A DNA stretch of 63,476 nt, the filler included, from Jimgerdemannia flammicorona (Eukaryota): NCBI GenBank assembly GCA_003990765.1. It is 3 parts of 3 records of this genome, joined end to end, with 100 filler letters (N's around TTAATTAATTAA, not from the genome) between each part and the next. Parts side by side here need not be neighbours in the genome. Positions count along the whole stretch, not along the records: positions 1 to 21,094 come from RBNJ01001535.1; 2 more parts are not named here. One strand, 5' to 3'. The number at the start of each line of letters is the position of its first letter. The first letter of the stretch is position 1. A model generated the notes under the pieces. The model was not told the DNA's origin. It saw only the letters and a list, made by a program, of their open reading frames with translations, and did no database searches. Below, one piece after another: positions 1-12,575 of this stretch. The position numbers and the translations under genes were made by a program.

Positions 1-16
1 AAAAAAAAAAAAAAAG

Positions 17-177
17 ACTTGTAGTAGGTATCTGGCCAAGGTGAGATTTTCTTGGTGAACTTGAAACTTCTGGAGGGGGTTTCCATTGGCTTGGCTGAAT
101 TGAGGTAGAGGAACTGTTAGGGCCTAGAAGGAGCTGAGGACCAATATCTGAAGGTATTGATTAATTCTTTAGTTCAT
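17..177 (-). pseudogene. N-terminal part of family-1 3' accessory ORF (unknown function)
   Basis: Translates MN*RINQYLQILVLSSF*ALTVPLPQFSQANGNPLQKFQVHQENLTLARYLLQV downstream of integrase; homologous to 13801-14315. Confidence 0.55.
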
Positions 178-179
178 GG

Positions 180-2720
180 TGTAGAGGGAAAATATAGTTT
201 AAGGCAAATGATGTATACTGATATTCTCAGGGTTCATCTATCTATATCTCTTAAATAGATGCTGAATCCTCTGATGTTGTACACAAGATAAGGTCCTTCC
301 CATTTGGGTTCCAGTTTGGTGGCAAAGTTCATTTCAATCATACTTCTCCAAACTAGTACTTGATCTCCAATCTTGATCTTCTGATCCTTCTGCTTCTAGT
401 CATAATACTTCTTTTGTCTTTCTTGGGCTTTGATAATCTGACCATGGGCTTGATTACATAGCTGTTCTGCCCTTTTGAGGAGGTTTCTGAGATTCTCATA
501 GTCAGCAGTTCTGGTCTTCTTGGCAAACATCATTTCAAAGGGCTTTTGTTTGGTGGAGATGGCAGAGGTGTTCCAGATTTCCCACAGGATTTCAGGTAAG
601 CAGAGGTCCCAACTGGTAGAATTGACTCAGGTGAGTTCTTTCTTGATGGTCTGATTCATTCTCTCTGTCATGCCATTGGTCTGAGGGTGGTATGATGTGG
701 TCCATTTGAGGTGGATCTTGTGAATTCAGGCATAAATTTTGATTATGTTATTGATGAATTCCATGCCTTGATCAGAGATGAGTTCTTCTAGTGGTCCATA
801 TCTGAGTATAAGTCCATGGAGAAGGCCTACAATGGTTAAGGCATCTGCAATTTCCATTGGGAAAGCTTCAGGCCACTTGGTCAGATATTCCACAAATACA
901 AGGATGTATTTATTTCTTCTTGGTGTAACTGATAGGGGTCCAATTACATCTACTTCCCATCTTTGAAAGATGTGAGTGGGTGTGGCAATTGGTTGCAGAG
1001 AGGCTTGATAGTTCTTCTTTTCTTGGTACTTCTGGCAGGTGTTATATTTCTGAATGATATTTCAGACTTGTGCTCTGAGGTGGGGCCAATGTTGATATTG
1101 TTTTCAAATCTTGTCTTCTGTACTTGTCTGTCCTTGGTGGGCTTTCTGGTGTTCTTATTGGATGAGATCTTCTTGTTTCTTGATGGTCACAGGGACTTCC
1201 TTTAGGGTGTAGTTCCTTGGGACACCCTTCTTCTGATTCATTGGGGCTGGTAGGAAAGTATATCAATATTGTTGTGAGCTTTCTCTGCTTTATGGATGAT
1301 GGTGATTTTGTAATCCTGAAGGATAAGGATCCAGCAGGCTAGGATTCCGGTGGGTTCCTTGGGGTTGAATAACTATTTGAGGACTGCATGGTCTGTGATC
1401 AGAGTGAACCATTTTCCAATGAGGTAATGCTTGAACAGAGTGACTGCCCATATGACTACAAGACATTCCAGTTTGGTGCTACCATAGTTCATCTGCTGCT
1501 GGTTGGTATCTCTGCTAGTATAAGCTATTACATAGTGTTGTTAATCAGGTCCTTCTTAGGCTAGAACTGCTCCTAGACCATCTTTGGAAGCATCTGTATA
1601 CAGGATGAATGGCTTCTGTAGATTGGGGCATACAAGGATTGATGCTGTGGTCATGCAGTTCTTGAGTTCTTTGAAAGCTTTCTCTTAGGATTCTGTCTAT
1701 TTGTAAGGTACTCCTTTCTTGAGAAGGACTTGGATTGGGGCAGCAATTTGGGCAAAGTCCTTAATAAATCTTCTGTAGTATGATACTAGCATCAGGAATG
1801 ATAGTATTTCCTTCAGGGTTTTGGGTGCTGGCCAATTGTTGATCTTCTCAGTTTTCTTCAGATCTGTATGAGTTCTTTCTTTTGAAACTAGGAATCCAAG
1901 GAATTCAAGTTTCTGTTTTCCAAAGTAACATTTCTTTGTATTCAATCTCAAGTGGTTCTTGTGGGTAAGCTTGAAGAATTCCTCTAGGTGGTGTAGGTAT
2001 TCTTCGAAATTTGCTGAAGAGATGTTGGAATCGTCTATATATACAATCAGGCAGTAGTGGATCCAGGAGGTATAGACTGAATTCATCATCCTCTGGAAAG
2101 TGGGGGGAGTATTGCAAAGTCCAAAGGGCATTCGCAGATACTCAAACAGTTTTTCTAAAGCAAGGAAGGCTGTTTTTTGAATGTCCTTAAGGTCCATGGA
2201 GATCTTGTGGAATCTCGCAAAGAGGTCCATCCTGCTGAAGTATCTGGCATCTTGTAACTGGTCCAAAAGGTCATCAATTCTGAGCAGAGGATAAGTATCC
2301 TTTTTGGTAACTGAGTTGAGTTTTCTATAATCTACACAAAGTCTCCATCCTCCTTTCTTTGGTACAATAAGTATAGGGCTGGCCCATGGGCTGGTAGAGG
2401 GTCAGATGATACCATTGTCTAAGAGTTCTTGAATGTGCTCCTTTTTGAATGTTTTCAAGTGATGGGGTATTCTATAGGGTTTCTGCTGGATAGGTGTTGC
2501 ATTTCCCGTATTTATGCTGTGGTGATATGATAGATTGTATGGCAGGTTGCCATAATCAATACTGAAGATATCTTGATATTTGTTAAGAAGTTCTATTAGT
2601 TGTTGCTGTTGTTGAAGTGTCAATTCTTCTCCAATGTTGATGGAATGCTTCACTATCTCCTGGGTCGCAGAGGGGCCTTTCCTTTCTTCTGAGACCTTTT
2701 GCTGTTTCTGGATAGGTTTC
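180..2720 (-). pseudogene. pol: Gypsy pol RT-RNase H-integrase, disrupted
   Basis: RT (SPWASPIL, CVDYRKLN, YIDD), RNase H (LYTDASKDGLGAVL), integrase (YHPQTNGMTERMNQ) and GPY-like C-terminus (PKWEGPY), with scattered in-frame stops. Confidence 0.93.
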
Positions 2721-3059
2721 ATTCATAAACTTCCCTATGAGTTCAGTTGAGAAAAGGTACCAGATGTCCTATGATGGTTCCTTTTAGCAAGATGATAATT
2801 TCCCAACTTTGGTTGGTTGCTTGGGAGTGTACCAAGTTCATCTTGTCAGGGAAGGTATGTCCCTCTATGTCCAGGTGGGGAATATCTTCCTTGGGTTCAA
2901 AGAAAAGATTTCTGGGGTTGGGTGGTACAAAGATTTCAAAGGTAGCTTGTTCTCCAGGCTCTAGGATTAGATTCTTGTGCAGTCTGACTGGTTGCTGGTG
3001 CACTTGCTGGGGAACATTCTTCTTGAGGTGGTTGACTTGAAGGAGGTGTACTTCCTTCT

Positions 3060-3470
3060 TGTCTGAACTTCCAAATCCTTTGGCTTGTCTTGTCCCTTCA
3101 GATAGTTCAGAGACTTCTTACAGTTGTGGGGTCCTGACCTTTATGAAGACTGCTTGGGCAATCTTCTGTCCTCTAATGATTTGGTGCCATTCTGTACTAC
3201 TGTTATGTAGGATGACCTTGATTTCACCTGTATATCCCAGATCATTAGTTCCTCCTTCTACAGTTATTCCTTGTCTGGCAAGTCCAGACCTTGAGGTTAG
3301 TTGGATGTAGAATTCTTGGGGTAGCTGTATGGCTTATCTGGTTCTAATCATAAAGGTTTTTCCAGACTTGATAGATTCATCCTCCAGACTGTGAAGATCA
3401 TACCCAATATCTTCTGGGTGAGCTTTGGTCATAGGTTTGGCCTTGGGATGCAGCAGGGTATAGTGGGCAA
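3060..3470 (-). pseudogene. dut: dUTPase domain of Gypsy polyprotein
   Basis: Read-through gives DIGYDL...TSRSGLA...GGTNDLGYTGEIKV...GQKIAQ...RQAKGFGSSD, i.e. trimeric dUTPase motifs I-V. Confidence 0.92.
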
Positions 3471-4759
3471 TGTCCTTGCTGAGTTTGGGCTATCATTGGG
3501 CTGAGGCTCTACTAGCAGAGAGCCTCCAGGCTCTGAGGTTGAGGTGTGGCCATCTGGCTCTAGTAGAGGGGTCTCCAAGATAGTTGATTCCTCTTCTTCC
3601 TGTAGGGTCTAGGGCTTCCATGAAGTTGGTAGCATCTTCTGTCCATCCTTAGCAGATTGCATGTCTGATGAGAGCCAGGATGTCTTCTTCCAAATTGTAG
3701 ATCTTGAGGGTTCTCCTTCCTGGCTTCTTGGTCTGGCTTTTTTGAATCTGACCTCTGTTGTCTCCTCTCTTCAAAGTATGGATTGTAATGTCATGACTGA
3801 GGTGGATCTTCTGATATCTACAGTCTCAGCAATCTGGGTGTCTTCTATGGTTGCAATATCCCATTGCTCTGAAATGGTGTTCCTGGTTGTTGATTTCTTA
3901 TTGTCTCAGGAATCGGTATCCATCTTGATCATAAGTTGGGGGAAGGGTAGACAAGGGGTATATGTCTGTTTGGGTGAAGAAGCCTTGTTCCCTAAATCGA
4001 CTTTGTAACCTTGTGGTAACTTCTTCAAAGGTGGTTGACTGTGCAAGTGTAGTTGGAGGTTCTGGTCTTTGGGGTCTCTGCCTCTCCTGTTGGTTTAGTA
4101 AATGGCACTGATAGCAGTAGTCTCAGGGAGAGTGGAAGACCATTTGGTGTTGACATTTTCCTAGCCGAAAAGTCTTTTCTTGGTGAGTTTCTTTCTTGGG
4201 GTTAATGGTGATCATACTGGATCCTTCTTCCATGCTCCAAGGGTCATTGTCTTCAGGTGGTGTCCATCAGGAGTCATCCCAGGGGATGAGTTCAGGGATA
4301 TCTTCTTCAGGTGCTCCTTGTTTAGAAACTTCTTGGTCAGAAGTTTTTTCTTCCTTAGATGATTCTTGGCCCCAGATTGCTTGTACTTCTGCTGCTTCAG
4401 TTGCAGGTATTTCTGGAACATGTCTGCATTTCTTCTTCTTCCTTCTGCACTCTGGACAGGCAGTACCAGGGGATTTCCTTGTTCCCATGATCTTGGAGGA
4501 ATGCTCAGGACACTTGTGTCTCTTGAGGCAGGTGGGGCATCCTTTGATTTCTCCTGCAATAGCTCCAATGGTGATAGGGATGGTATTCTTGACTCAAACA
4601 TTGTCTTCTGGTCTGTCATCTACCAGATTAATCCAAGGATTGAGTCTGGGATTATTTCCATCTTCAGATTCTTCTTCTTCTTCTGTAGTAGACTCCTCGC
4701 TACTGGTGTATTCTTCCTGAATAGTGACCTTCTTCTACTTCTTTGATTGCTCATAACCA

Positions 4760-5140
4760 GTCACCTTAACTCTGTACTTCTTGCCTTAGTAGTCAAACTT
4801 GAGTACTTGTTGACCAATATCAATAACTGCATTCATTTCCTTCATCCAGTTAGTGCTAAGAATTATATCATAGGTGAAAGCTTCTGTGACAACAGCTTTG
4901 GTGATGGAGAACTGAATGTGTCCAAGGGAAATAGTGATGTTTTGTACTTCTCCAAGGAGTTGGGTTCGGGCTCCATCTGCTACTATGATGCTGAGATTGG
5001 ATGGTCCATCAATGGGCCATTGAAGGGTATCCAGGAACTATTTGGCAATGATACAGATAGCTGCTTCGGTATCTATGAGAATCTTCACCTTTTGTCCTCC
5101 AATGTCTCCATATAGGTAGGTGCTGACATGTCTTTCAGCT
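4760..5140 (-). pseudogene. Retropepsin-type aspartic protease
   Basis: VKILIDTEAA (DTGA with G>E) ... VADGAR ... YDIILSTNWM. Confidence 0.85.
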
Positions 5141-5599
5141 ACTTGGATAGGGATGAGAGCTGGTTCTTGCTGTGGGATTGGGACTCAGCTAATACTAGAC
5201 CTGGTGGTTCTCAGCAATTTGTTTTGGACTCCAGCTAGTGTCAGTTGCAAGAACTGCAGGAGAGGGACTTCCATCTTGACTTCTTGAATCTTCTGCCAGG
5301 CTTCATTGTAGATATCTCTGGGCATAGTCTTTAGGGTATACTTCTTTTTGGGCTTTCGGGCAGTAGGTTCCCATTCTTCTTGTCCTATTTCTTCATCTTC
5401 TGGTGGCAACTCATTTGTCTCTGGGGCAAAAGGTGATGGGCTTCAGAGAGGTGTTTCTATCTGCTCCTCTTCATGTTCTTCATCCTCTTCTTTGATAATT
5501 CTTCTACTGGTGTTTCTGGATGGCCTTCCCACAGGTCTCTTCCTTTTTTCTGCTGGGTAGACTGTTTTTTAGATGGTGACTTTGGTAGGATACAAGTCT

Positions 5600-7150
5600 A
5601 GGTCACTATAGTCTTCACTGTTGCTCTCTTCTCCAAAATCTTTGACTGGATGAGCTTCAGTCTTTTTGTACTGGGTGTCATTCCTTTGGTTTGATGATTC
5701 TGGGTCTCTTTGGTCACTCCTCTTATTGTCACATTCAGCAGCATAGTATCCAAATTGTCCACAGTGGAAGTATTAGACCTGGGCTCTGTCTCGGATGGGG
5801 TACCTTCTTTCTTTTTATTGGTAATTCCTATTATCTCTTGGTGGATAACCTTGGCTCCTTTGTGGTGGATATACTCTATAGTCTTGGTAGCCCTGGTTTT
5901 TGTATATAGTGAGTTTTTTGATCTGTCCAACCAATCAGTCCAACTTGGAGCTGAGATTTTTTATTTCACTTCTATTCTTTTTTCCTTCCTTGGCTGATCT
6001 TCTTTCTTTGGATCTTTCTTGTCCTTTAAGGAGTCCTTGTAGAACTTTGACCAGGATGTCTTCTGTATTTTCCTTCTTGTCATGATCACTCTAGGCAGTT
6101 CCTTGTCTGATATCAAAGAATCCTTGGACTGTATCTACTTGCTCTTCAGACCTTCTAATGCCTAGGGTGCAAACATGCTGAACAATGTTTGGGAGAATGC
6201 CATTCATGAAGGTGTTTGGATTGATAATGTCCTGGTTGGTGGCATTGAATCCAGCAGCATGCATTCTCTTCTGGATTCTTATGAAGAAAGCTCTGGGTGA
6301 TTCTCTAAGATTCATCTTCATCCCTATGATAGATTCTTAAGCCTTGTGGCAGGTTTCATTTCCTGCATACTTTTCAATGAGCCAATGGACCATGGCCTCA
6401 TATTCTAGCTCATAAGACATTGCTGCTTGTATCTGTCTTGCCAGTTCTGAATCTGCATTATTTGCTGTTTGATGGAAAATTCCTCTGGCTGGTTCTCTGA
6501 GCTAAGCCTTGTAGATGGCAATTTTTCTTTCATCTGAGAGATTCCTTAAAGCTGCAATACCTTCAATTCTATCAAGGAATTCTCTGGGGTCTTCTTCTGG
6601 ATATCCTGCAAAGGTTGGCAATAAGGTGGCCATTTCATCATCACTTTCTTCTGATTCTGGTTCAGGTTCAGATTCTGGTTCTGATTCACTTTCTGAACTG
6701 TTGCTAGAGGTGTGAGTGCTCGGGTGTCTTGTGGATGGTATTCTGGGCCTTAGATGAAGTAGAATAAGTCTAGGTATTCTTGTAGAAGCTACTTCTAACT
6801 CTGCAAGAGGTTGTGATAAAGGTTCTATTGGTGAGATTGGTGGGGCTGGTATGGGGCATCTGGCTGTATGGTCTCAGATCCATGTGATGAAATCTTCTAG
6901 TTCTTGCACAAGTTCTTCAAAATTTCTAGCAGGGCTGCCTGTATTGTCTGATTGATCTGGTTGGGGATTTGGGACTGTACTGTCTTCTGGTTGGGAACCT
7001 TCTGATGCTGGGTAGTTGGTAAGTCTTGATGTAATTACTTCTCTTTCTGTCCAGATACTGGTGATAACTGGTTCTCCTGTAGTGGCAGAGGTTGGTGTTG
7101 TATCAAATGTATCCAGTTTGACTGTGGGTTCTTGTGAGCTGAAAAGTCAC
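5600..7150 (-). pseudogene. gag: gag (capsid-like region and decayed CCHC zinc knuckle)
   Basis: Capsid-type segment LPTFAGYPEEDPREFLDRI near 6570-6625. Knuckle reads *YFHCGQFGYYAAEC at about 5735-5775, an ancestral CxxCxxxxHxxxxC altered by transitions. Confidence 0.8.
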
Positions 7151-7165
7151 ATTGATTTTAAAATC

Positions 7166-7183
7166 TTCCCAGTTGAGCCCCCA
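7166..7183 (-). promoter_or_regulatory. Primer-binding site, tRNA-Pro type
   Basis: Minus strand reads TGGGGGCTCAACTGGGAA, 2 nt after the LTR end TTACA. It resembles the tRNA-Pro PBS TGGGGGCTCGTCCGGGAT; two of the four differences are CpG decay. Confidence 0.8.
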
Positions 7184-7185
7184 AA

Positions 7186-8362
7186 TGTAATGTGCCTGGC
7201 TCAATGGAGGCAAATTACAAGGTTGAGGGGGTTGATGTAGTTTGGCTTAAGCCCCCAGTTACTTTGTCAAAAAGCAACAAAATGTTCTAAGATTCCTGAA
7301 GTCCTTGGTGTTTAGTGGTATAATAGTCAAAGCTGGATATCTGCGAGCAGTTTCCTTATTTGGATGGTTCTCTGGGTGTAGCAGCGATTTGTATTTCTTT
7401 TCCTTCTTGGGTCAACTGAGAACTAGTAGAATTCGTGTGTAGCGCAACAGGTTCCTTATTCGGGTCAACTGGGAATGCCACAATTTGTGTAGCACAACAA
7501 TCTCTGTGTGTGATGGTCTGGCAATTTAGCGGTTCTCCTTCTTGGGTGGCAGCGGTCTCCAAAAGTATGCAATTTCTGCGTGGCGATCTCTTGTGTAGTG
7601 CAACGATCTCTGTGTAGTGCGGCGGGTTCCTTATGCAGGACTTTCTGATAATTTGGCGGATAACTTGATTTGGCTCACTGGGAACAACGAACAACTTGGA
7701 CGGCTCTTCTGGGAATAATAACTTGGGTGGCGTGGGGTTTCTAGGAATGCGGACAACTTGAAAATGGCAGATGATGCGGATTCTCCTGAATCGGTGGGCT
7801 TCTGGGAATACTATGGCGCAGATTCTTCTGAATCAGCGGCTTCAACTGGGAAACGGTGGCGAAGTTCTTCCTTGAACTTGGGCAGCAAATCTTCAGGCTT
7901 AGCTGGCAAGCATACCAAAAAACGGACTTGTGCTTTGTATCAGAAAGTGGACTGGAGTGGAAAGGGAAGAGAACCAAGCTCACAACTTCTTGGCAGTGGC
8001 TCATTGGCAGGCGTATCTCCTAAGTGTTGCAATCCTTCCTGGATCAAGTGGCTTTTGGCAGGCATTTCTCCTAAGTGTACCAGACAATTGACTTTTACTT
8101 TGGTTTGTATTCAACTTTCAGACTGAGGTTTATTCACTCTTGTCTCTGGGGTAATTTATACAAGTTGGTTGCTATCTGGTTGCTATATGGCTAACTATAG
8201 ATCTGCTACTTATAGCAGGTGTACAGAGTTTGTATGAGTAAACAGACCCTATCTGATATGTCTGGCTAATTATAAGTATGGCAGATATGAGTAACTATAA
8301 TATACTGGAGGTTACATCATCTGGCTAAGTTATGGTTTTGGGTGGTATGTTTAGTTGTTATA
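7186..8362 (-). repeat. 5' LTR of family 1 copy a (~1.18 kb)
   Basis: Plus strand begins TGTAAT and is homologous along its length to 12576-13760. Minus-strand TATAAAT at 8160-8154 and AATAAA at 8134-8129. Right boundary is approximate. Confidence 0.88.
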
Positions 8363-10439
8363 CTAGATATATCTTATATATTTACAAATTCAGATATTAT
8401 AGATATATACAAATATATATCTAGATATATATTTCAGCTATAATGACCATATTTCCCAAGATGATAGTATTAGAGAAAACTGAGATACATTCTTCCACTT
8501 GCTATTATAAAAGATGTTGTATATAGATTTAAATTCTACTAATGTGATTCTTATTATGGAGATAGAGGATAACTTTGATAAATATAGAGAAAAGAATTAC
8601 TGTAGTTGATACAAGCCCATTATTATTTAATATAATACTTATATCATTATATATATTTTCTTTTAGTTAAAATTGAAAAATACAAATCTATTACTATATG
8701 ATTGAGAAGAAAGGAATTAAAATTGTAAGCATTTTTATTAACTTTGAGAGTATCATTTGTACTTCTCTTGATTTTAAAAAAAGAAATGAAGTGAATATAA
8801 TATATAATTTCAGTTATAGAAACAACCTCATATATGTGAATGCTTCTATATATATATTTCTATCTCTTCATTATAAAATTCTTATCTTATAAAGTACTGT
8901 ATATATATAAGAGAGAATGAATTCTCCTCATATTATAATCTAAATAGCAACTGAATTTGACTAATACTAATATCAGAAATATCCTCTTTTCTTTCACTCT
9001 TCTTGATCTAAGTATTATAAAGAGCAATTCAGTTATATTGATAAAGCTTATAAAATATAAGATTATATTAATATATATACTGAGTGAGGCTACCATCATT
9101 CTAGATATTTTGAACTATTATATTTAAGCTTTGAAAGAGAGTAATCTATAAGGTTTAAAAGATAAATATATATTATTATAAATATCAATAATATATAATT
9201 TGAAGAGCTTTATAATATGACTAAATAATTTGAAGTTATAGAATTTACTATAAGATATTGTAATTTCACATTTTGATATAAAAAGTCATATATAGTATAA
9301 GATGAAGAGGTCTGATATAGTACTAGCAATATTCTTAAAATACTTAATTTATTGGCAACTTGTGAAAAGATAGATTTATCTATAAAAATCTAACTTAATA
9401 TTTATCTGTAAGTTAGTTAGCTCTAGAAGGTATTGCTTCTTAGTATAGTGTCTTTGATCTTCACTCAGTCCAAATTTCAGATTGTAAAGAAATATTACAA
9501 TATCAAGTTCCAATCTTTCCAGATTTTTATTATAACTCACAGCTATAATTGACTTTGAATTATTCTTAATTTAGGATCTTAGTGAGTACTTTGGAAGAGG
9601 TTATATTAATTTGAAGCTGACTTTTAAGCTCTCTAAGTATTGGTATTTCAGCTCTAGAGCAGTATATTAATGAATAAAGTACACTATCTATAGTAATGAA
9701 TTATATTTATTAAATACTTGATAAAGTTCATAGCTATATTATACCTATATACTAATGTTCAGTAAATTCAGTTTCAAAATTTCCAGATACTCCAAAATCT
9801 CTAATATACTGATTATAGTTCTATAGTAAATAATACTTAAAAATATCTACAGAGTATCCCATTTTACAAAATTCCTCCTTCAACTTATTAAATTCTTTCA
9901 GTAGTTACTCTAGACACTCCAGAGAATCTTCACTCTATATTGGTAATGAAATTATTATATATCAATTATATTATAAAGAGGGAGGCATTTTATTGAAGTT
10001 GTATAGGTTACATAGTTCACATATTACTAATGAATAATATAAACTGATGAAATAGCATAATTATATATTGATATATTAAGTTACTATCCCAATACACTTA
10101 CTCAATAAGATATATAACTCAAAAAGAGACTGTAATTTGACAGTAAAAATGCAAACTAGGATAAAAAAAAGTAATACAATATATGAAAAAAAAAAAAAAA
10201 ACTATATATAATCTAAAAAACTATATAAAATCCTATATCTAAAGAATTTTTACAAGTTGAAAAGTATTCTGAAATATATCTATCATATCTGAAATACTAA
10301 TAAAATACAATATATATAATTCACTTATAGATAAGAGATATCAATATATATATTCACAAATATAATATAGTAAGGGAGACTTTTGAGGGCTTGAAAAATA
10401 TCTCATAATTAACTGAATACTAGTATACTACTTGTTGTA

Positions 10440-12575
10440 AGACCCATTCCATTAATGTATTGCCCAAACTTTGGCTTTAAAAGGGCTTTCATAAGTGAAT
10501 CAGTGATCATATACTCTATAGAAATATATTTTAAGTATATAGTGCTATTTTCTATATATTTCTATACAAAATAATATTGTATATCAATATATTACATTCT
10601 ACCATAATATACTTATTTCTTAATAAATACTATTGTTGATTGATTGTCTTGCTTGATCAGCATAGAGTTCTTCTGAGTAAAGCTGAGTTTTTTTAATAGT
10701 TTGCAGAGCCATGTGGTTTCTTTTATTACTAATGATAATATTTGGCACTCCATCTATATTAAATATATTACTACTGAACTCTACTTGTGTATTTGCTATA
10801 AGATGACTTCTTTATTATTTTCACTAATGTGAAAGAGATATCTGGTCATAGATCAGCAGTCATCTAGATTATCTATCTAATTGGCATTATATATACTAAA
10901 TAGTTAGATATTATTTCTCTTATTATTACTCCTGCTCAATCCAATATTACTACCCAATATGAGTATATAGTATACCATATCCTTAAGATATCTGAATATT
11001 CTCTTAATAGTACTCTAATACAAATTATCATAATAGGAGGAATACTGTACTATTTTATTCATTGTATATAATATATCAGACCTTATTACTAGTATGAGAT
11101 ATATAAGAGAACCAACTGCTTACTGATAAGATATATCTTTGGTACTATTCTTGGCTGGTATATTGTTATCAGATTTAAGAGTAGTGTCTGGCTTTCTTAA
11201 TTTTATAGAAATATCTATAAGAGTATCAACAGACTTATATTTATTCATATTGTAATATTCAAGAATTGTTTGAGTATATATTACTTTGTAAGAGGTATAT
11301 AGCATACATATTACTATCACATATATATAATGGATATCTCCAAAAGGAAGAATGCATCACCTATATCTGTTATCTTGAACTCTCAGTATAAGGCTTCTTT
11401 AATATCATTATATCTATTCTTTCTGGTATTGATAATTATATTATCAACCCAAATACTAATAAATACTATACTACTATTATTATGGTACTGAATATATATA
11501 TAATTGTCTGTTTTTTAATAGGTAAATCTATTATCAAGGAGATGTTTATTAATTCTTTTATTTCATAATCATGCTACTTGTTTGATATTATATAGTCACT
11601 TACATAATTTACATATGAGTTTATTCTTATTATCATTATAGAGTTCATATTCTTGTAGTTGATAGATATATAGTTCAGTATCTATATCACTATTCAGAAA
11701 TCCTGTCTTTGTATCTATTTGATAGATTTCCAGATTATATAATATATCAATTACAAGAAGTATTCTAAGCAAAGTAAACTTGAATACTTGTGAAAATATC
11801 TCATAATTATCTATATCATAATTCTGAAAGTATTCCTTAGTAATAAAATGAGCTTTATATTGCTCTATTCTTCTATTAGCATTGTACTTTACCTTATAAA
11901 TCTATTTGGATCTAATTGTTTGGTAATTTGATAGAAGGAGTACAAGATTCTATATATTATTCTTTAAAAGTAAATCATATTTCTCATTCATCAGACATTC
12001 TAATTTTTCACTATCCAAAGATTGTATTACTTTATCATATGTGTTTTGCTTATCAGATGTTACAATATATATATATTCATATACTTTGGCATAGCTTATA
12101 TAGTCCTGTCATTACTGTTTAGAGCTTGCTGGCATATCTCAATAACTTCCTAAATTGGAATAAGTCTCTTAGTGAATGTTGGAGTATTTTTACATTTGTT
12201 TATCCTTCATAAGGTATCTCTTATTACTGGAGATTTCACTATTATCTTTATCTTTAATCTCCATTATTCTTGACTCAGGCTTAGATATTTATAAAAGTTG
12301 AAAATAATTTTGATTGACAGCCAGAGAGGTTGATGATAGTTGTTTTGGTTAGTATACTTATACTGGTTGGAATATAGATATCACTACTAGTACATCTATA
12401 TAGAATTTCTGAATTTCTTTTTCTCTAAACTATATATTATACAAAATAACTATATACTACTTGTGTGGATCCCAGAGTCTATATACTTTGCCAGAATATT
12501 CACAAAACATATACTTCTCAGCTTTCAACTTAAATTTATACCAATTAGTATTGTCCTTATCATAGATGTATATAT
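10440..12575 (-). mobile_element. Highly decayed Ty1/Copia pol (RT and RNase H)
   Basis: LLKNNI*NLV...RSK*IYKVKYNANRRIEQYKAHFITKEYFQ (Copia RT start, about 11820-11970) and DNQSTI...YIDIQYYFV...MITDSLMKAL (Copia RNase H, about 10450-10660). Very AT-rich. Confidence 0.85.

Larger units (their letters stand above)
17..8362 (-). mobile_element. Ty3/Gypsy LTR retrotransposon, family 1 copy a (5' LTR-PBS-gag-PR-dUTPase-RT-RH-IN-accessory ORF; 3' end lost at contig start)
   Basis: Minus-strand domain order PR-RT-RH-IN. RT motifs RMPFGLCNTPPTFQRMM and VYIDD (ORF 1697-2266), LTR at 7186-8362, PBS at 7166-7183. Colinear with the copy at 12576-20105. Confidence 0.95.

Noticed and set aside
8400..10000. 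Possible gag knuckle (YYHLGKYGHYS, minus strand about 8435-8470) and PPT/LTR-like sites near 9865-9885 and 9976-9995
   Set aside because: Too decayed to define an element or its boundaries.
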